Assembly: GCA_014075295.1 (NCBI GenBank)
Contig: CP046180.1
Coordinates: forward strand, 791,945-855,944
Length of the DNA stretch: 64,000 nucleotides
Reading direction: 5' to 3'
Origin: Candidatus Mycalebacterium zealandia
GTDB lineage: Bacteria > Desulfobacterota_D > UBA1144 > Nemesobacterales > Mycalebacteriaceae
Shown here: piece after piece, positions 31,115 through 41,273 of the stretch
Numbering within the stretch: the stretch's first letter is position 1
Layout of the letters: each line of letters opens with the position of its first letter
The notes under the pieces: generated by a model
The model's database searches: none
The model's input: the letters and a program-made list of their open reading frames with translations, nothing else
What the model was told of the DNA's origin: nothing
Program-made: the position numbers and the translations under genes

Positions 31115-32625
31115 GGTCTCATATGCGGAAAAAACAGCACTTCCCGTATGGATACCGTATTCGAAAGAAGCATAATAAGGCGGTCTATGCCTATGCCAGC
31201 GCCGGCGGTGGGAGGCATGCCATGCTCAAGAGCGACAAGAAAATCTTCATCGGTCTCGTGCGATTCTTCGTCTCCCTTCTTTTTCATTTCCGCCTGAACG
31301 GAAAACCTTTTCTTCTGTTCTTCCGGGTCGTTCAATTCGGAAAAAGCGTTCGCGATTTCCCATCCGTTTACATACAACTCAAACCTGTCCGCGATTTCGG
31401 GATTTGTATCAGACGCACGGGCAAGTGGCGAAACATCAAGCGGAAAGCCGAAGACAAAGGTGGGATTTTTCAGTTTTGAAGCGATAGTTTCTTCAAAGAT
31501 TCCGGTCAGCGCTTTTCCTTTGATTCCATCGTGCCCGACTCCGAGCCCGTCCGCTTCGTTAAACAGAAAAGAGGCATCGGAAAAAATCTTCTCGCCGTAT
31601 TTTTCCCGCAAAGAGTCGTAAATGCTTATCCTTTTCCACGGACGCGAAAAATCCAGTTCGCTTCCGTCAAACTCCACTTTAGAGCCGTCCGCGACCTGCT
31701 GCGCGCAAGAGGACAGCATCTCCTCAATCAGTTCCATCATATCGCCGTAATCGGCGTATGCCTGATAAAATTCAATCATTGTAAACTCGGGATTGTGGCG
31801 TGTGGAAACGCCTTCATTTCTAAACACTCTGCCTATTTCATAAACACGGTCCAGCCCGCCTATAACAAGCCGTTTTAAATAAAGTTCAGGCGCGATTCTT
31901 AGAAAAAGATCTATGTCAAGTGCGTTGTGGTGGGTCACAAACGGACGCGCCGCCGCACCGCCCGCGATGGGGTGGAGCACCGGAGTTTCAACTTCAAGAA
32001 ACCCCTGCTCGTCAAGAAAACGCCTTATAAAACTTATGCACTCCGAGCGCAGGCGAAAAATCTCTTTGACTGAAGGATTTACAATCAAATCCAGATAGCG
32101 TTTTCTGAATCTCGTCTCAACTTGCTGAAGCCCGTGCCACTTTTCCGGAAGCGGACGCAATGTTTTCGTGAGCAGCGCAATGTTTTCAACCCTGACCGTC
32201 AACTCGCCCGTTTTTGTTTTGAAAAGAACACCCTCAACCCCGGCAAAATCACCCGAATCAAGATACTTGCCGACAACTCTAAAATCTTCCTCGGAAGTCT
32301 CTTTTTTGTTTGCGTAGCACTGAATTTTTGCCGAAGAGTCCGCGACATCAAAAAACACAGCGCTTCCGAAACTACGTTTTGAAACAACTCTTCCCGCGAT
32401 TGAAAAACGCGCCACCGTGCCAAGTTCGTCATCAGACACCCCTTCGGCTTGCGATAAAATCTCCGTAATTGAAGAAGACGGCTTAAAGGTATTTGAATAC
32501 GGATTCAGGCCGCCGTCGCGCAACTGTGAAGCTTTTTCTTTTCTGAGTGTGTATTCGTCGTTTTCATTTTTTTCCGTTTCCGGAGTTTTTTCGCTCATCT
32601 TTGGTCTCCGGCTCAACAGAGCCAT
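31111..32625 (-). CDS. lysS: Lysine--tRNA ligase (class II)
   Basis: [43 protein letters not shown]. Confidence 0.98.
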   Translation of the reverse strand: MALLSRRPKMSEKTPETEKNENDEYTLRKEKASQLRDGGLNPYSNTFKPSSSITEILSQAEGVSDDELGTVARFSIAGRVVSKRSFGSAVFFDVADSSAKIQCYANKKETSEEDFRVVGKYLDSGDFAGVEGVLFKTKTGELTVRVENIALLTKTLRPLPEKWHGLQQVETRFRKRYLDLIVNPSVKEIFRLRSECISFIRRFLDEQGFLEVETPVLHPIAGGAAARPFVTHHNALDIDLFLRIAPELYLKRLVIGGLDRVYEIGRVFRNEGVSTRHNPEFTMIEFYQAYADYGDMMELIEEMLSSCAQQVADGSKVEFDGSELDFSRPWKRISIYDSLREKYGEKIFSDASFLFNEADGLGVGHDGIKGKALTGIFEETIASKLKNPTFVFGFPLDVSPLARASDTNPEIADRFELYVNGWEIANAFSELNDPEEQKKRFSVQAEMKKKGDEESHETDEDFLVALEHGMPPTAGAGIGIDRLIMLLSNTVSIREVLFFPHMRP

Positions 32626-32636
32626 AAATTTTCATT

Positions 32637-33821
32637 CTAACTGATTGCCGCTTTGTCCGTAACTCTTAAAGCAATCATAAACGCGAAAAAGCCCGCGAGC
32701 GCCATGCACGCGAGAAAAATATACATCGTGAGATAGTCAAACTCATTGGCGACAATGCCAGAAACAAAAGTTCCAAGCATTCCGCCGCTTGTGAAAGACG
32801 CATTGCACAGTGCGAACACCTTTGCCTTTGAACGGTTTCCCGACTTTTCCATCGCGAGCAGATAAAGGGACGGATAGGTAAATCCATGCGCTATTCCGAA
32901 AAGAGCGCCCGACACGGAAACGGAAAAAGGAGTGCGGGAAAACGCCAGAACCAAAACGGACGCAAACGCAAGAAATAGAAATGGCGGGCAGATACGGCGG
33001 ATTCCATAGCGGTCCGGTGCCCAACCGAGAAATATGCGGACAAACAAAACCGCCGCCGTGAAGAAGACAAAAAACAGATAAAAATCCTCAATGCCAATGG
33101 AACGGGAAGAGAGCGAAACAAAAGAAAATTGAGACATAAAAACCCAGCCCGAAACAAAAAAAGTTCCGACAGCGAGAGCCAGAGGATGCGAAAATGGCGG
33201 AAGAAAGCGCGAGCCGTTCCCGTTTTTCCCGGTTCCGGAGTCAGTTGCCATGTCTTTTACAAAGAATGACAGCACCGCGCCCAAAAAACATACTATAGAA
33301 ATCACTATAAATAATGCTGTGAAACCACTCAAATCAATAATAATTTTGCCACAATACGGCGCAACCGCGTAACCAAGAATTGTGAACATTCCATACAACC
33401 CCATTGCCTGCACTCTTTTGCCTTCAGGCGTTATTTCCGTTATCAACGCGCCCGTTGCTGTGAAAAAGAGGGAAAATGCGGCACCCTGCAACATTCTGAG
33501 CGCGTAGATTCCCCAGCCGAGATTTTGGAGAAATATAAAACCCGCGCAAGCGAGAAAAAGAGCGAAAAAACCGAGAACAATAAATGGTTTTCTTCCGTAT
33601 TCGTCTGCGAGAACTCCCGACAACGGAGTGAACAAAAGCATCGTAACACCCGAAACACCCATTATAAAACCGATGTCAGAGGGGCTGCCTCCAAGGTCCT
33701 CCACCCTCAACGGAAGAAGCAGAAAAGAGTGAAAAACAAAGAAGAAAAGCGCTCCGGCAAAAGTTGGAACAACAAAATCAGAGGTCAGAAAAAATGACCG
33801 CGCGCGATCCTGAGCGCTCAT
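32637..33821 (-). CDS. Major facilitator superfamily transporter
   Basis: About 12 hydrophobic segments; motif A variants GVLADEYGRK and GWAPDRYGIR. Confidence 0.9.
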   Translation of the reverse strand: MSAQDRARSFFLTSDFVVPTFAGALFFFVFHSFLLLPLRVEDLGGSPSDIGFIMGVSGVTMLLFTPLSGVLADEYGRKPFIVLGFFALFLACAGFIFLQNLGWGIYALRMLQGAAFSLFFTATGALITEITPEGKRVQAMGLYGMFTILGYAVAPYCGKIIIDLSGFTALFIVISIVCFLGAVLSFFVKDMATDSGTGKNGNGSRFLPPFSHPLALAVGTFFVSGWVFMSQFSFVSLSSRSIGIEDFYLFFVFFTAAVLFVRIFLGWAPDRYGIRRICPPFLFLAFASVLVLAFSRTPFSVSVSGALFGIAHGFTYPSLYLLAMEKSGNRSKAKVFALCNASFTSGGMLGTFVSGIVANEFDYLTMYIFLACMALAGFFAFMIALRVTDKAAIS

Positions 33822-33825
33822 AGTC

Positions 33826-35103
33826 TTACCGTTGTGAAAACTTTATCCGCCCGTCAACAATTGTGTGTTTTACAACGCCTTTCATTTTCCAGCCTCCGAA
33901 CGGCGAATTTTTGCTTTTTGAGCGAAAGGCTTTTGTGTCCAGAGTAAACCGCTTGTTCGGGTCAAAGATAACAACATCCGCCGGCGAGCCCATTTTAAGT
34001 GTTCCGCCGCCAGTTTTCAGTAGGGACGCAGGAACGGTTGACATTTTCTCTATCATCTCATCAATCGTCAAAACGCCCTCCTCAACAAGGCGCAACGAAA
34101 GAGGAAGAGCGGTTTCAAGTCCAACGATACCGAACGGCGCTTTGTCAAACTCAACATTTTTTTCGTCCTCAGAGTGAGGCGCGTGGTCGGTCGCGATGGC
34201 ATCCAGAGTTCCGTCCGTGAGCCCCTTCCTGACGGCTTTAACGTCTTTTTCCGAGCGCAGAGGCGGATTCATTTTCGCGTTCGTGTCATAACCTTCAACC
34301 ACTTTGTCTGAAAGAGTGAAATGGTGAGGCGTGGCTTCTGCGGTTACTTTGATGCCGTTCTTCTTCGCCGCTTTTATGACCGCGACCGCACCCGCAGTTG
34401 AAACATGCGCTATGTGAAGCGGCGTGCCCGTAAGGCGGCACAAAATTATATCTCTGGCTATCCCTATCTCTTCCGACTCCGGGGGAATTCCCTTCAACCC
34501 CATAATATTTGAAACATATCCCTCGTTCATAACACCGCCGTCCGAAAGAGAAAGGTCTTCGGAGTGGGAAATAACCGGTATTCCAAAAGGGCGGGCGTAT
34601 TCCATCGCGCGCCTCATGATGCCCGAATCCACAACCGGCATTCCGTCATCTGAAATTGCCACACAACCGGATTCGCTCATCTCCCCAATGTTTGCGATTG
34701 TTTTGCCCTCTTCATTTCTGGTAATCGCCCCGATGGGGAAAACGCGCGCCGCGCCTTCGGTTCGGGCTTTCATCAGTATGTATTCGGTAACAGTGGCGTT
34801 GTCATTGACGGGGTTCGTGTTGGGCATGCACGCGACCGCCGTGAACCCTCCGGCAACCGCGCTTTCCGTGCCGGTCTTAATGGTTTCCTTGTGCTCAAAA
34901 CCCGGTTCGCGCAGATGAACATGCATATCAACAAGCCCCGGAGCCACAATCATTCCGCGCGCGTCTATCTCCTTTGCGCCGGAAGGTTTTTTCGCACGAG
35001 CGGGAAGTTTTGATATTAAGCCGCTTTCAATAAACAGGTCACCTCTTGAGTTTTTCCCTGATGAGGGGTCAATTATTCTTCCACCTTTGATGAGTATCTT
35101 CAT
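33826..35103 (-). CDS. pyrC: Dihydroorotase (type I)
   Basis: DMHVHLREPG, CMPNTNP, KMNPPLR, ATDHAPH; start taken at ATG 35103. Confidence 0.96.
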   Translation of the reverse strand: MKILIKGGRIIDPSSGKNSRGDLFIESGLISKLPARAKKPSGAKEIDARGMIVAPGLVDMHVHLREPGFEHKETIKTGTESAVAGGFTAVACMPNTNPVNDNATVTEYILMKARTEGAARVFPIGAITRNEEGKTIANIGEMSESGCVAISDDGMPVVDSGIMRRAMEYARPFGIPVISHSEDLSLSDGGVMNEGYVSNIMGLKGIPPESEEIGIARDIILCRLTGTPLHIAHVSTAGAVAVIKAAKKNGIKVTAEATPHHFTLSDKVVEGYDTNAKMNPPLRSEKDVKAVRKGLTDGTLDAIATDHAPHSEDEKNVEFDKAPFGIVGLETALPLSLRLVEEGVLTIDEMIEKMSTVPASLLKTGGGTLKMGSPADVVIFDPNKRFTLDTKAFRSKSKNSPFGGWKMKGVVKHTIVDGRIKFSQR

Positions 35104-36041
35104 TCCGGCGCCTCCGTCACTTTTCTTGAGCACAGCAAATACAGTATCGCCATTCTGACCGATATTCCGTTCGCCACCTGATCCAGAACCACCGAGCCGT
35201 CTCCGTAGGCAACTTCAGATGTTATTTCAACTCCTCTGTTGATAGGACCCGGATGCATAACCGTCAATCCCGGAGGCGCAAGTTTGACGCGCTCTTTTGT
35301 GAGTCCGAAAAATTTGAAATACTCCCTCAAAGACGGAAAGTAACGATTGCTGTCTCTTTCCGTCTGCACTCTGAGCATTATGGCAACGTCCGTGCCGGGC
35401 AGAGCATCTTCAATGGAGTTGAAAATCTCAACCCCCATTTCGGCAAAATGCGCGGGAATCATTGAACACGGACCCGCGACCGCGACTTTAGCACCGAGTT
35501 TCAAAAGCGCGTGGATGTTTGACCTGGCAACCCGGCTGTTGAGAACATCTCCGACGATTAGAACCCTGACACCTTTTATGCGCCCCCTCGCCTGTTTGAT
35601 GGTCATAAGGTCAAGAAGAGCCTGACTGGGATGCTCATTGGAACCGTCTCCGGCGTTAACGATTGATATGCCCGTTTGCCGTGCCAGAAGTTGTGGCGCG
35701 CCGGACATCGGGTGCCTGATTATTATCACTTCCGCTCCCATCGCTTCAAGATTTTTCACCGTGTCAAGAAGGTTTTCACCCTTCACAACGCTGCTCTGCG
35801 ACACGGTAAAGTTCAGAACATCGGCGCTGAGCCGTTTTTCAGCGATTTCAAAAGATGCCTTGGTGCGGGTACTGGGTTCAAAAAACAAATTGGCGATTGT
35901 GATTCCCTTCAAAACCGGAACCTTTTTGATTTTTCTCCCCGTGGCTTCTTTCATTGAAAAGGCGGTGTCCAGAATCAGATTGATTTCCGCCGCCGTGAGT
36001 TCCGCGATTCCCGTTAAATCCTTTCTTTCGAACTTTTCCAT
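35100..36041 (-). CDS. pyrB: Aspartate carbamoyltransferase catalytic subunit
   Basis: FFEPSTRT, HPSQALLD, MHPGPINRG. Confidence 0.97.
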   Translation of the reverse strand: MEKFERKDLTGIAELTAAEINLILDTAFSMKEATGRKIKKVPVLKGITIANLFFEPSTRTKASFEIAEKRLSADVLNFTVSQSSVVKGENLLDTVKNLEAMGAEVIIIRHPMSGAPQLLARQTGISIVNAGDGSNEHPSQALLDLMTIKQARGRIKGVRVLIVGDVLNSRVARSNIHALLKLGAKVAVAGPCSMIPAHFAEMGVEIFNSIEDALPGTDVAIMLRVQTERDSNRYFPSLREYFKFFGLTKERVKLAPPGLTVMHPGPINRGVEITSEVAYGDGSVVLDQVANGISVRMAILYLLCSRKVTEAPE

Positions 36042-36044
36042 AAC

Positions 36045-36620
36045 TTACTTTGCCCTCTTCCGAGCCTCTTTGTTTTCACAAATAAAAACGCCGTTCTCAC
36101 CCGATTTGTTGCCGCCAATCATAACGGTTACCCTGCGCTTCTTTCCGGGATTGACCTTAACCGAGCAGTAGTCCGGTTGAATGGGAAACTCCCTGTTCCC
36201 TCTGTCCGCAATAACCGCAAGCCGTATGCGCGAGGGCCTTCCGTAATCTATTACTGACTCTATCGCCGCGCGTGCGGTTCTGCCGGTGGAAATTACGTCA
36301 TCAACAATAATCACATCCATCGCGTCAACGCTGAAAGGCATCTCGTTGGCACGCGCCTGAGGCAGATTGCCCCTTCCAATGTCATCGCGGTAAAGAGTTA
36401 TATCAAGAACGCCCAGAGGCGCGGGTTTGCCGGTTAGTGTGGACAAGAACTCCGCCATTTGCCGCGCGACCGCCTCGCCCATTGTCTTTATACCGACAAC
36501 GCAAAATCCGCCGCGCCCGGAATTTTTCGCAATCTGTCGCGCCATTTCCTCCACGGCGCTGTTAAGCGCTTGTGAATCCAGAACCGTTTCCAGAATTTTG
36601 CCGCCGCGCCGCACCATCAT
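36045..36620 (-). CDS. pyrR: PyrR family regulator/uracil phosphoribosyltransferase (divergent)
   Basis: LDITLYRDD, IVDDVISTGRT, DRGNREFPI; directly upstream of pyrB. Confidence 0.85.
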   Translation of the reverse strand: MMVRRGGKILETVLDSQALNSAVEEMARQIAKNSGRGGFCVVGIKTMGEAVARQMAEFLSTLTGKPAPLGVLDITLYRDDIGRGNLPQARANEMPFSVDAMDVIIVDDVISTGRTARAAIESVIDYGRPSRIRLAVIADRGNREFPIQPDYCSVKVNPGKKRRVTVMIGGNKSGENGVFICENKEARKRAK

Positions 36621-37330
36621 TCAATCTCCGAAAAAATCCTTTCCCATCTGATTTCGGGAATAAATGAGTTTTGAAATTTCCACGACCAGTGAACTGTTAC
36701 CGCTTTGCCAACAATATCTTTTTCGGCAATCGTTCCCCAGAAACGGCTGTCGCGGCTGTTGTCGCGATTGTCTCCCATGAGAAAAACATGCCCGGCGGGC
36801 ACGGTGAACGGATAAATGATGTCACCCTTGTGTGTGGAATAACGCTGTTTTTCGTAGATGACGGTAATGTCCTTGTCTCCGAACTTCTGAATATATTCTT
36901 CCATCGGCGCAACGTCATACCGCCCCACATACGACTGGGGAATCCTCAATTGGTTGATATAAATGTTTCTGCCCTGTATGCGGACAACATCATTGCCCGT
37001 GGCGACAACCCTTTTGATGAAATAAGTCTTTTTTGTTTTGCTCGGACCCTGTGGTTTCTTAAAAACCACAATGTCACCCTTTTTGATTTCACTGCCTTGA
37101 AAAACGGTTTTGTCCGTAAATGGAATCCGTGTTCCGTAAGCAAACTTTTTCACTATGATGTAGTCGCCGACCAGAAGAGTGGGCTCCATTGAAGATGACG
37201 GAATTTTGAAAGGCTGAACAATAAACGCCCTGACACAAAGCGCTAAGAAAATGGCAAGAAAAACTGATTCAAGGTTCTGTCTTAAAACTGACTTGGGAGT
37301 CCCAGATCCGCTGCCGAAAAAGCCGAACAT
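36617..37330 (-). CDS. lepB: Signal peptidase I
   Basis: IPSSSMEPTL (catalytic Ser), FIKRV (Lys), MGDNRDNSRDSRFWG. Confidence 0.96.
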   Translation of the reverse strand: MFGFFGSGSGTPKSVLRQNLESVFLAIFLALCVRAFIVQPFKIPSSSMEPTLLVGDYIIVKKFAYGTRIPFTDKTVFQGSEIKKGDIVVFKKPQGPSKTKKTYFIKRVVATGNDVVRIQGRNIYINQLRIPQSYVGRYDVAPMEEYIQKFGDKDITVIYEKQRYSTHKGDIIYPFTVPAGHVFLMGDNRDNSRDSRFWGTIAEKDIVGKAVTVHWSWKFQNSFIPEIRWERIFSEIE

Positions 37331-37377
37331 ATATAACCGCTTGAAAATCGGCTCATATTATAGACGCGGCGAGAAAA

Positions 37378-39531
37378 CTATTCAAATGCCCTGCCACACC
37401 TTTCCACCGAAACAACCCCTTCAAGCATTGAAAGCGAATCAACAATCTCTTCAAGATGCTTTATGTTTTTCACCTTAAAAAGAAAACTGTATTTTATGCC
37501 CTCTTTGAATCTTCCCGTCTGCTTCACAACTGTTTTGACACCCAAATCGTCTATGGTTTTGTCAACGGAGGAAAGAACTTCATTGTTGTCCTGACAGGTT
37601 AAGAAAATCCCCGTGGTCGCCTTCCCTCTGAAATCTTTGCGCCACTCCACCTCCATGTCAGTTTCACCGGTGCCGTTACACATACCGCATACCGCAGAAT
37701 GAACAACCACACCGCTGCCGCGCGTTACATGGCCGACAATCGGCTCGCCCGGAACCGGAAGGCAGCAGGTTGAAAAGCGCGTCATCACCTTTTCTTTGCC
37801 AACCAGAATCATCTTTCTGCTTTCGGGGTCGGCAACCTTATCAAGAATTCTCTCTATGCGACCCATTTTTTTCGGCGTGATTTCCGAGCCGGGGTCAATA
37901 AGTTTCTGCAAATCAGAAGCCGAAACATGCCCAAAACCAACCATTCGGAAAAAATCATCCGGGTTTGAAAAGCCAAGTTTTTCGAGCGGTTTCAAAATCT
38001 CACCCAGCTTTATCATTGAGTTCAAATTTTTGCCCGCCGCCGCGAGACGCCTTTCGCATATAGCCCTGCCGATATCCAGAGATTTGTCCCTACGCACCGC
38101 GGACAGATGTTTTCGTATCCTGTTTTTAGCCTGCGGCGTAAATACAATGGACAGCCACTTTTCCGACGGACTCGCCTTTGCTGAAACTTTTATTTCAACC
38201 ACGTCTCCGGTTTTAAGACGTGTGTCCAGAGGAACCGATTTCCTGTTGACAACCGCCTTGTCGCATCTATCTCCGATGTTTGTATGAATGCGGTAGGCGA
38301 AATCTATCGGGGTTGAGCCAACCGGAAGCTCAATGAGTTCGGCTTTGGGTGTGTAAACGTAAATCACGCTCGACTCAAGTTCGGCTTTGAGCGAATTCAT
38401 AAACTCCACCGGACGCGCGTCATTGTCGTCTTCTGCAAGGTCGCCGATTCTTGAAAACTGACGCCGGATTTCAGTTGCCTCTCCGGCAGCCTCATTTTCC
38501 TTGTAAATCCAGTGAGCGGCTATTCCCTTTTCTGCAAATTCGTGCATGAGTTGCGTTCGTATCTGAATTTCCATCTTGTCGCCGTCCGATGAAATTACTG
38601 TTGTGTGAATTGACTGATAGCCGTTGCTTTTCGGAAGCGCGATGTAGTCCTTAATTCTTCCGGGAACGGGATTCCACAAGCTGTGAACCTCACCGAGAAC
38701 GGCATAGCAGTCGCTTTTGGACTCCGTTACAACTCTGAAGGCAATGATGTCATAAAGCTCGTTGAACTCCATATTCTGCCACTTCATTTTGCTGTAAATG
38801 CTGTAAAAGTTTTTCACTCTGCCCGACACTTCGCATTTCACTCCCTCTTCGTGCAGACGTTTTTCAAGTTTGGCGGTTGTTTCCTTAATTTTGCGAGCGC
38901 GGCGTTTGCCGCCTTTTTTGAGTTTCTCTTCAATCTTGGCGTATTCACGCGGATTTAAAAACCTGAACGAAAGATCTTCAATCTCCGAAGCGAGCCACCC
39001 TATTCCGAAACGACGAGCGAGCGGAGCGTAAATCTCAAGCGTTTCTTTGGCAATTTTTCTGCGTCTTTCGGTAGGAAGAAACTCAAGAGTCCTCATGTTG
39101 TGAAGACGGTCGGCAAGTTTTATCAGAACCACGCGCACGTCTTTGGCGGTCGCGAGAATGAGTTTTCTGAAATTCTCCGCCTGCCTCTCCTGATCACTTG
39201 AATAGGAAAGTTTGCTGACCTTTGTCGCGCCGTCCACAAGGCCGGAGATTTTATCGCCGAACATGCGGTTGATGTCTTTTGAGGTCGCGAGCGTATCTTC
39301 AACGGTGTCATGCAGAAGCCCGGTCGCGATTGTGTGCGTGTCAAGCCCCAGCTTTGCGAGAATGAGAGAAACCTCAAGCGGATGGCTTAAATACGGCTCG
39401 CCCGAAACCCTTTTTTGTCCCGCGTGAACTTTCGCGGAATACACATACGCCTTTTTTATAAGTCCGACGTCCGATTCGGAAAGTGAACCGGACGCGCCAG
39501 CTTCATCAAGAATATCGTTAAGTCTTATCAT
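37378..39531 (-). CDS. rel: Long RelA/SpoT homolog, bifunctional (p)ppGpp synthetase/hydrolase
   Basis: HD motif LLHDTVED, KLADRLHN, YQSIHT, EIQIRT, TGS (TPIDFAYRIHT), C-terminal ACT. Confidence 0.96.
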   Translation of the reverse strand: MIRLNDILDEAGASGSLSESDVGLIKKAYVYSAKVHAGQKRVSGEPYLSHPLEVSLILAKLGLDTHTIATGLLHDTVEDTLATSKDINRMFGDKISGLVDGATKVSKLSYSSDQERQAENFRKLILATAKDVRVVLIKLADRLHNMRTLEFLPTERRRKIAKETLEIYAPLARRFGIGWLASEIEDLSFRFLNPREYAKIEEKLKKGGKRRARKIKETTAKLEKRLHEEGVKCEVSGRVKNFYSIYSKMKWQNMEFNELYDIIAFRVVTESKSDCYAVLGEVHSLWNPVPGRIKDYIALPKSNGYQSIHTTVISSDGDKMEIQIRTQLMHEFAEKGIAAHWIYKENEAAGEATEIRRQFSRIGDLAEDDNDARPVEFMNSLKAELESSVIYVYTPKAELIELPVGSTPIDFAYRIHTNIGDRCDKAVVNRKSVPLDTRLKTGDVVEIKVSAKASPSEKWLSIVFTPQAKNRIRKHLSAVRRDKSLDIGRAICERRLAAAGKNLNSMIKLGEILKPLEKLGFSNPDDFFRMVGFGHVSASDLQKLIDPGSEITPKKMGRIERILDKVADPESRKMILVGKEKVMTRFSTCCLPVPGEPIVGHVTRGSGVVVHSAVCGMCNGTGETDMEVEWRKDFRGKATTGIFLTCQDNNEVLSSVDKTIDDLGVKTVVKQTGRFKEGIKYSFLFKVKNIKHLEEIVDSLSMLEGVVSVERCGRAFE

Positions 39532-39557
39532 ACCGCGCTCCCTTTAAGACACTCTCC

Positions 39558-40160
39558 CTACTCCAAATAGGCGGCTTTGATATGGTCTATTTTGTCTTTT
39601 CGTGTTCTGAACATCTCTATTGCGGTTTCAATTTCTTTCCGCGCCTCGCTGAGTTTGTTGTTCACAATCACGTAGTCATATTGATGGATGAATGAAAGCT
39701 CGTCTTTAAGAGAAACAAGCCGTTTGTTTATGCTTGTGTCGGTTTCGGTATTTCTTTTTTCAAGACGCTCTCTGAGCACTTCCATGCTCGGCGGAACAAC
39801 AAAAAACAGAACCGCTTCGGGAAATCTTTCCTTGATGTTGCGCGCGCCTTTAACATCCACATCAAGAACCACATCCGTCTCCCCGCCCGCCGTGTCGGAC
39901 GCTTTTTTGATTTGATTCCAAGGAGTTCCGTAGCGGTTGCCGTGAACCTCTTCCCATTCGGCGAAATAGCCGTCTTTTATGCGTTTTTCAAAGGTTTTGT
40001 CGTCAATAAAATCGTAATCCTGAGCATCTGACGCATCTTCGGGTCTGCGCGGACGCGTTGTGCAGGAAATTGAAAAATCAACCTCCGACATAACGTCTCT
40101 TACATGTTTTACCAGAGTCGTTTTGCCGCTCGCGGACGGTCCTGAAATTACAAATATCAT
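39558..40160 (-). CDS. gmk: Guanylate kinase
   Basis: GPSASGKTT, SCTTRPRR, EWEEVHGNRYGT; start taken at ATG 40160. Confidence 0.96.
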   Translation of the reverse strand: MIFVISGPSASGKTTLVKHVRDVMSEVDFSISCTTRPRRPEDASDAQDYDFIDDKTFEKRIKDGYFAEWEEVHGNRYGTPWNQIKKASDTAGGETDVVLDVDVKGARNIKERFPEAVLFFVVPPSMEVLRERLEKRNTETDTSINKRLVSLKDELSFIHQYDYVIVNNKLSEARKEIETAIEMFRTRKDKIDHIKAAYLE

Positions 40161-40193
40161 TGCGCCGAAATTATATCTCAAACAGCGCGAAAC

Positions 40194-40871
40194 TTAAAAA
40201 GAGGCGATTTTCTCCGCGTCAATTTCACGCAGGGAGAGCGTAATTAAATCCGCGCTCAAAAGCGCTTCGGCAGGGTGCGAATTGGTAACCGCCACACATT
40301 TCATTCCCGCCGCTTTTGCCGCTGCGATTCCGTGCGAAGAATCCTCTATGGCAACACACTCCCGCGCAGATGCGGGCGGGGAAAGCGTGCTTGATGAGTT
40401 CAATCCTTTAAGAGCGTAAAGAAAAATTTCGGGGGCGGGTTTGCATTTTTCACAATCTTCGGCGCTCGCGATAAAAGAAAAACAGTCGGCAACACCGCCA
40501 CGGACAAGAACCGACTCAATCTCCTTTCTCAAAGCGCCGGACGCTATGGCGAGAGGAAACCGCGCCTCCGCAAGCGAGTTTATAAGATCAAGAGCGCCTT
40601 CAAAAAAAGCGCAGTTTTCAAGCATTTCCGAGGTAACAAGAGATTTCTTTTTTACAAAATCAGCCACCTTTTCAGCGCCCGCGTCCCTGCCGTTTTCCCG
40701 AAGCAGTGTTGTGAAAAAGTTCTTGTCATCAAGGGCGAGATATTTTTCAAAATAATCAGCCTCCAAAATCTCAACCCCTTCGGGCGCGAGAATCTTTCTG
40801 AAAGCGTCCAGATGGACTTTTTCGGTATCGGCGATAACGCCGTCAAAATCAAATATCACAGCCCTTGCCAT
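40194..40871 (-). CDS. HAD-superfamily phosphatase (beta-PGM/CbbY-like)
   Basis: FDFDGVIADTE, LAIASG, KPAPEIF, IEDSSHG. Confidence 0.9.
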   Translation of the reverse strand: MARAVIFDFDGVIADTEKVHLDAFRKILAPEGVEILEADYFEKYLALDDKNFFTTLLRENGRDAGAEKVADFVKKKSLVTSEMLENCAFFEGALDLINSLAEARFPLAIASGALRKEIESVLVRGGVADCFSFIASAEDCEKCKPAPEIFLYALKGLNSSSTLSPPASARECVAIEDSSHGIAAAKAAGMKCVAVTNSHPAEALLSADLITLSLREIDAEKIASF

Positions 40872-40923
40872 TGCGCACCTCTTGCTGTGATACTATAAAG
40901 GATATTTTAACCGAGAGGTTTCC

Positions 40924-41259
40924 ATGAGTTATTACAAACCCGAAGACTTAAAAAAATTCGCCGAGGTCGGAGATTTCGCGAAAGATTTGATGGACAAATT
41001 TTTTGATTATTACAACGCCGCCACACAAGAAGACGGTTCTTTGACCAAACGCGAAAAAGCGCTCATCGCGCTCGCCGTTGCGCACTCAAAACAGTGTCCA
41101 TATTGCATAGACGCCTACACGAACAGGTGTATTGAAACCGGTGCGGGTCCCGAGGAAATGACCGAAGCGGTTCACGTGGCGGCTTCAATGGACGCGGGAA
41201 TTGATTTAATCCACGCCGTTCAGATGCGGAACACGATGAAGAAAAACGGTGCTCTTTAA
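40924..41259 (+). CDS. AhpD/carboxymuconolactone-decarboxylase family protein (arsenosugar-cluster peroxidase-like, TIGR04169-type)
   Basis: LTKREKALIALAVAHSKQCPYCIDAY; SD GAGGT; directly upstream of arsS. Confidence 0.88.
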   Translation: MSYYKPEDLKKFAEVGDFAKDLMDKFFDYYNAATQEDGSLTKREKALIALAVAHSKQCPYCIDAYTNRCIETGAGPEEMTEAVHVAASMDAGIDLIHAVQMRNTMKKNGAL

Positions 41260-41273
41260 GAAAAACCTCAAAA

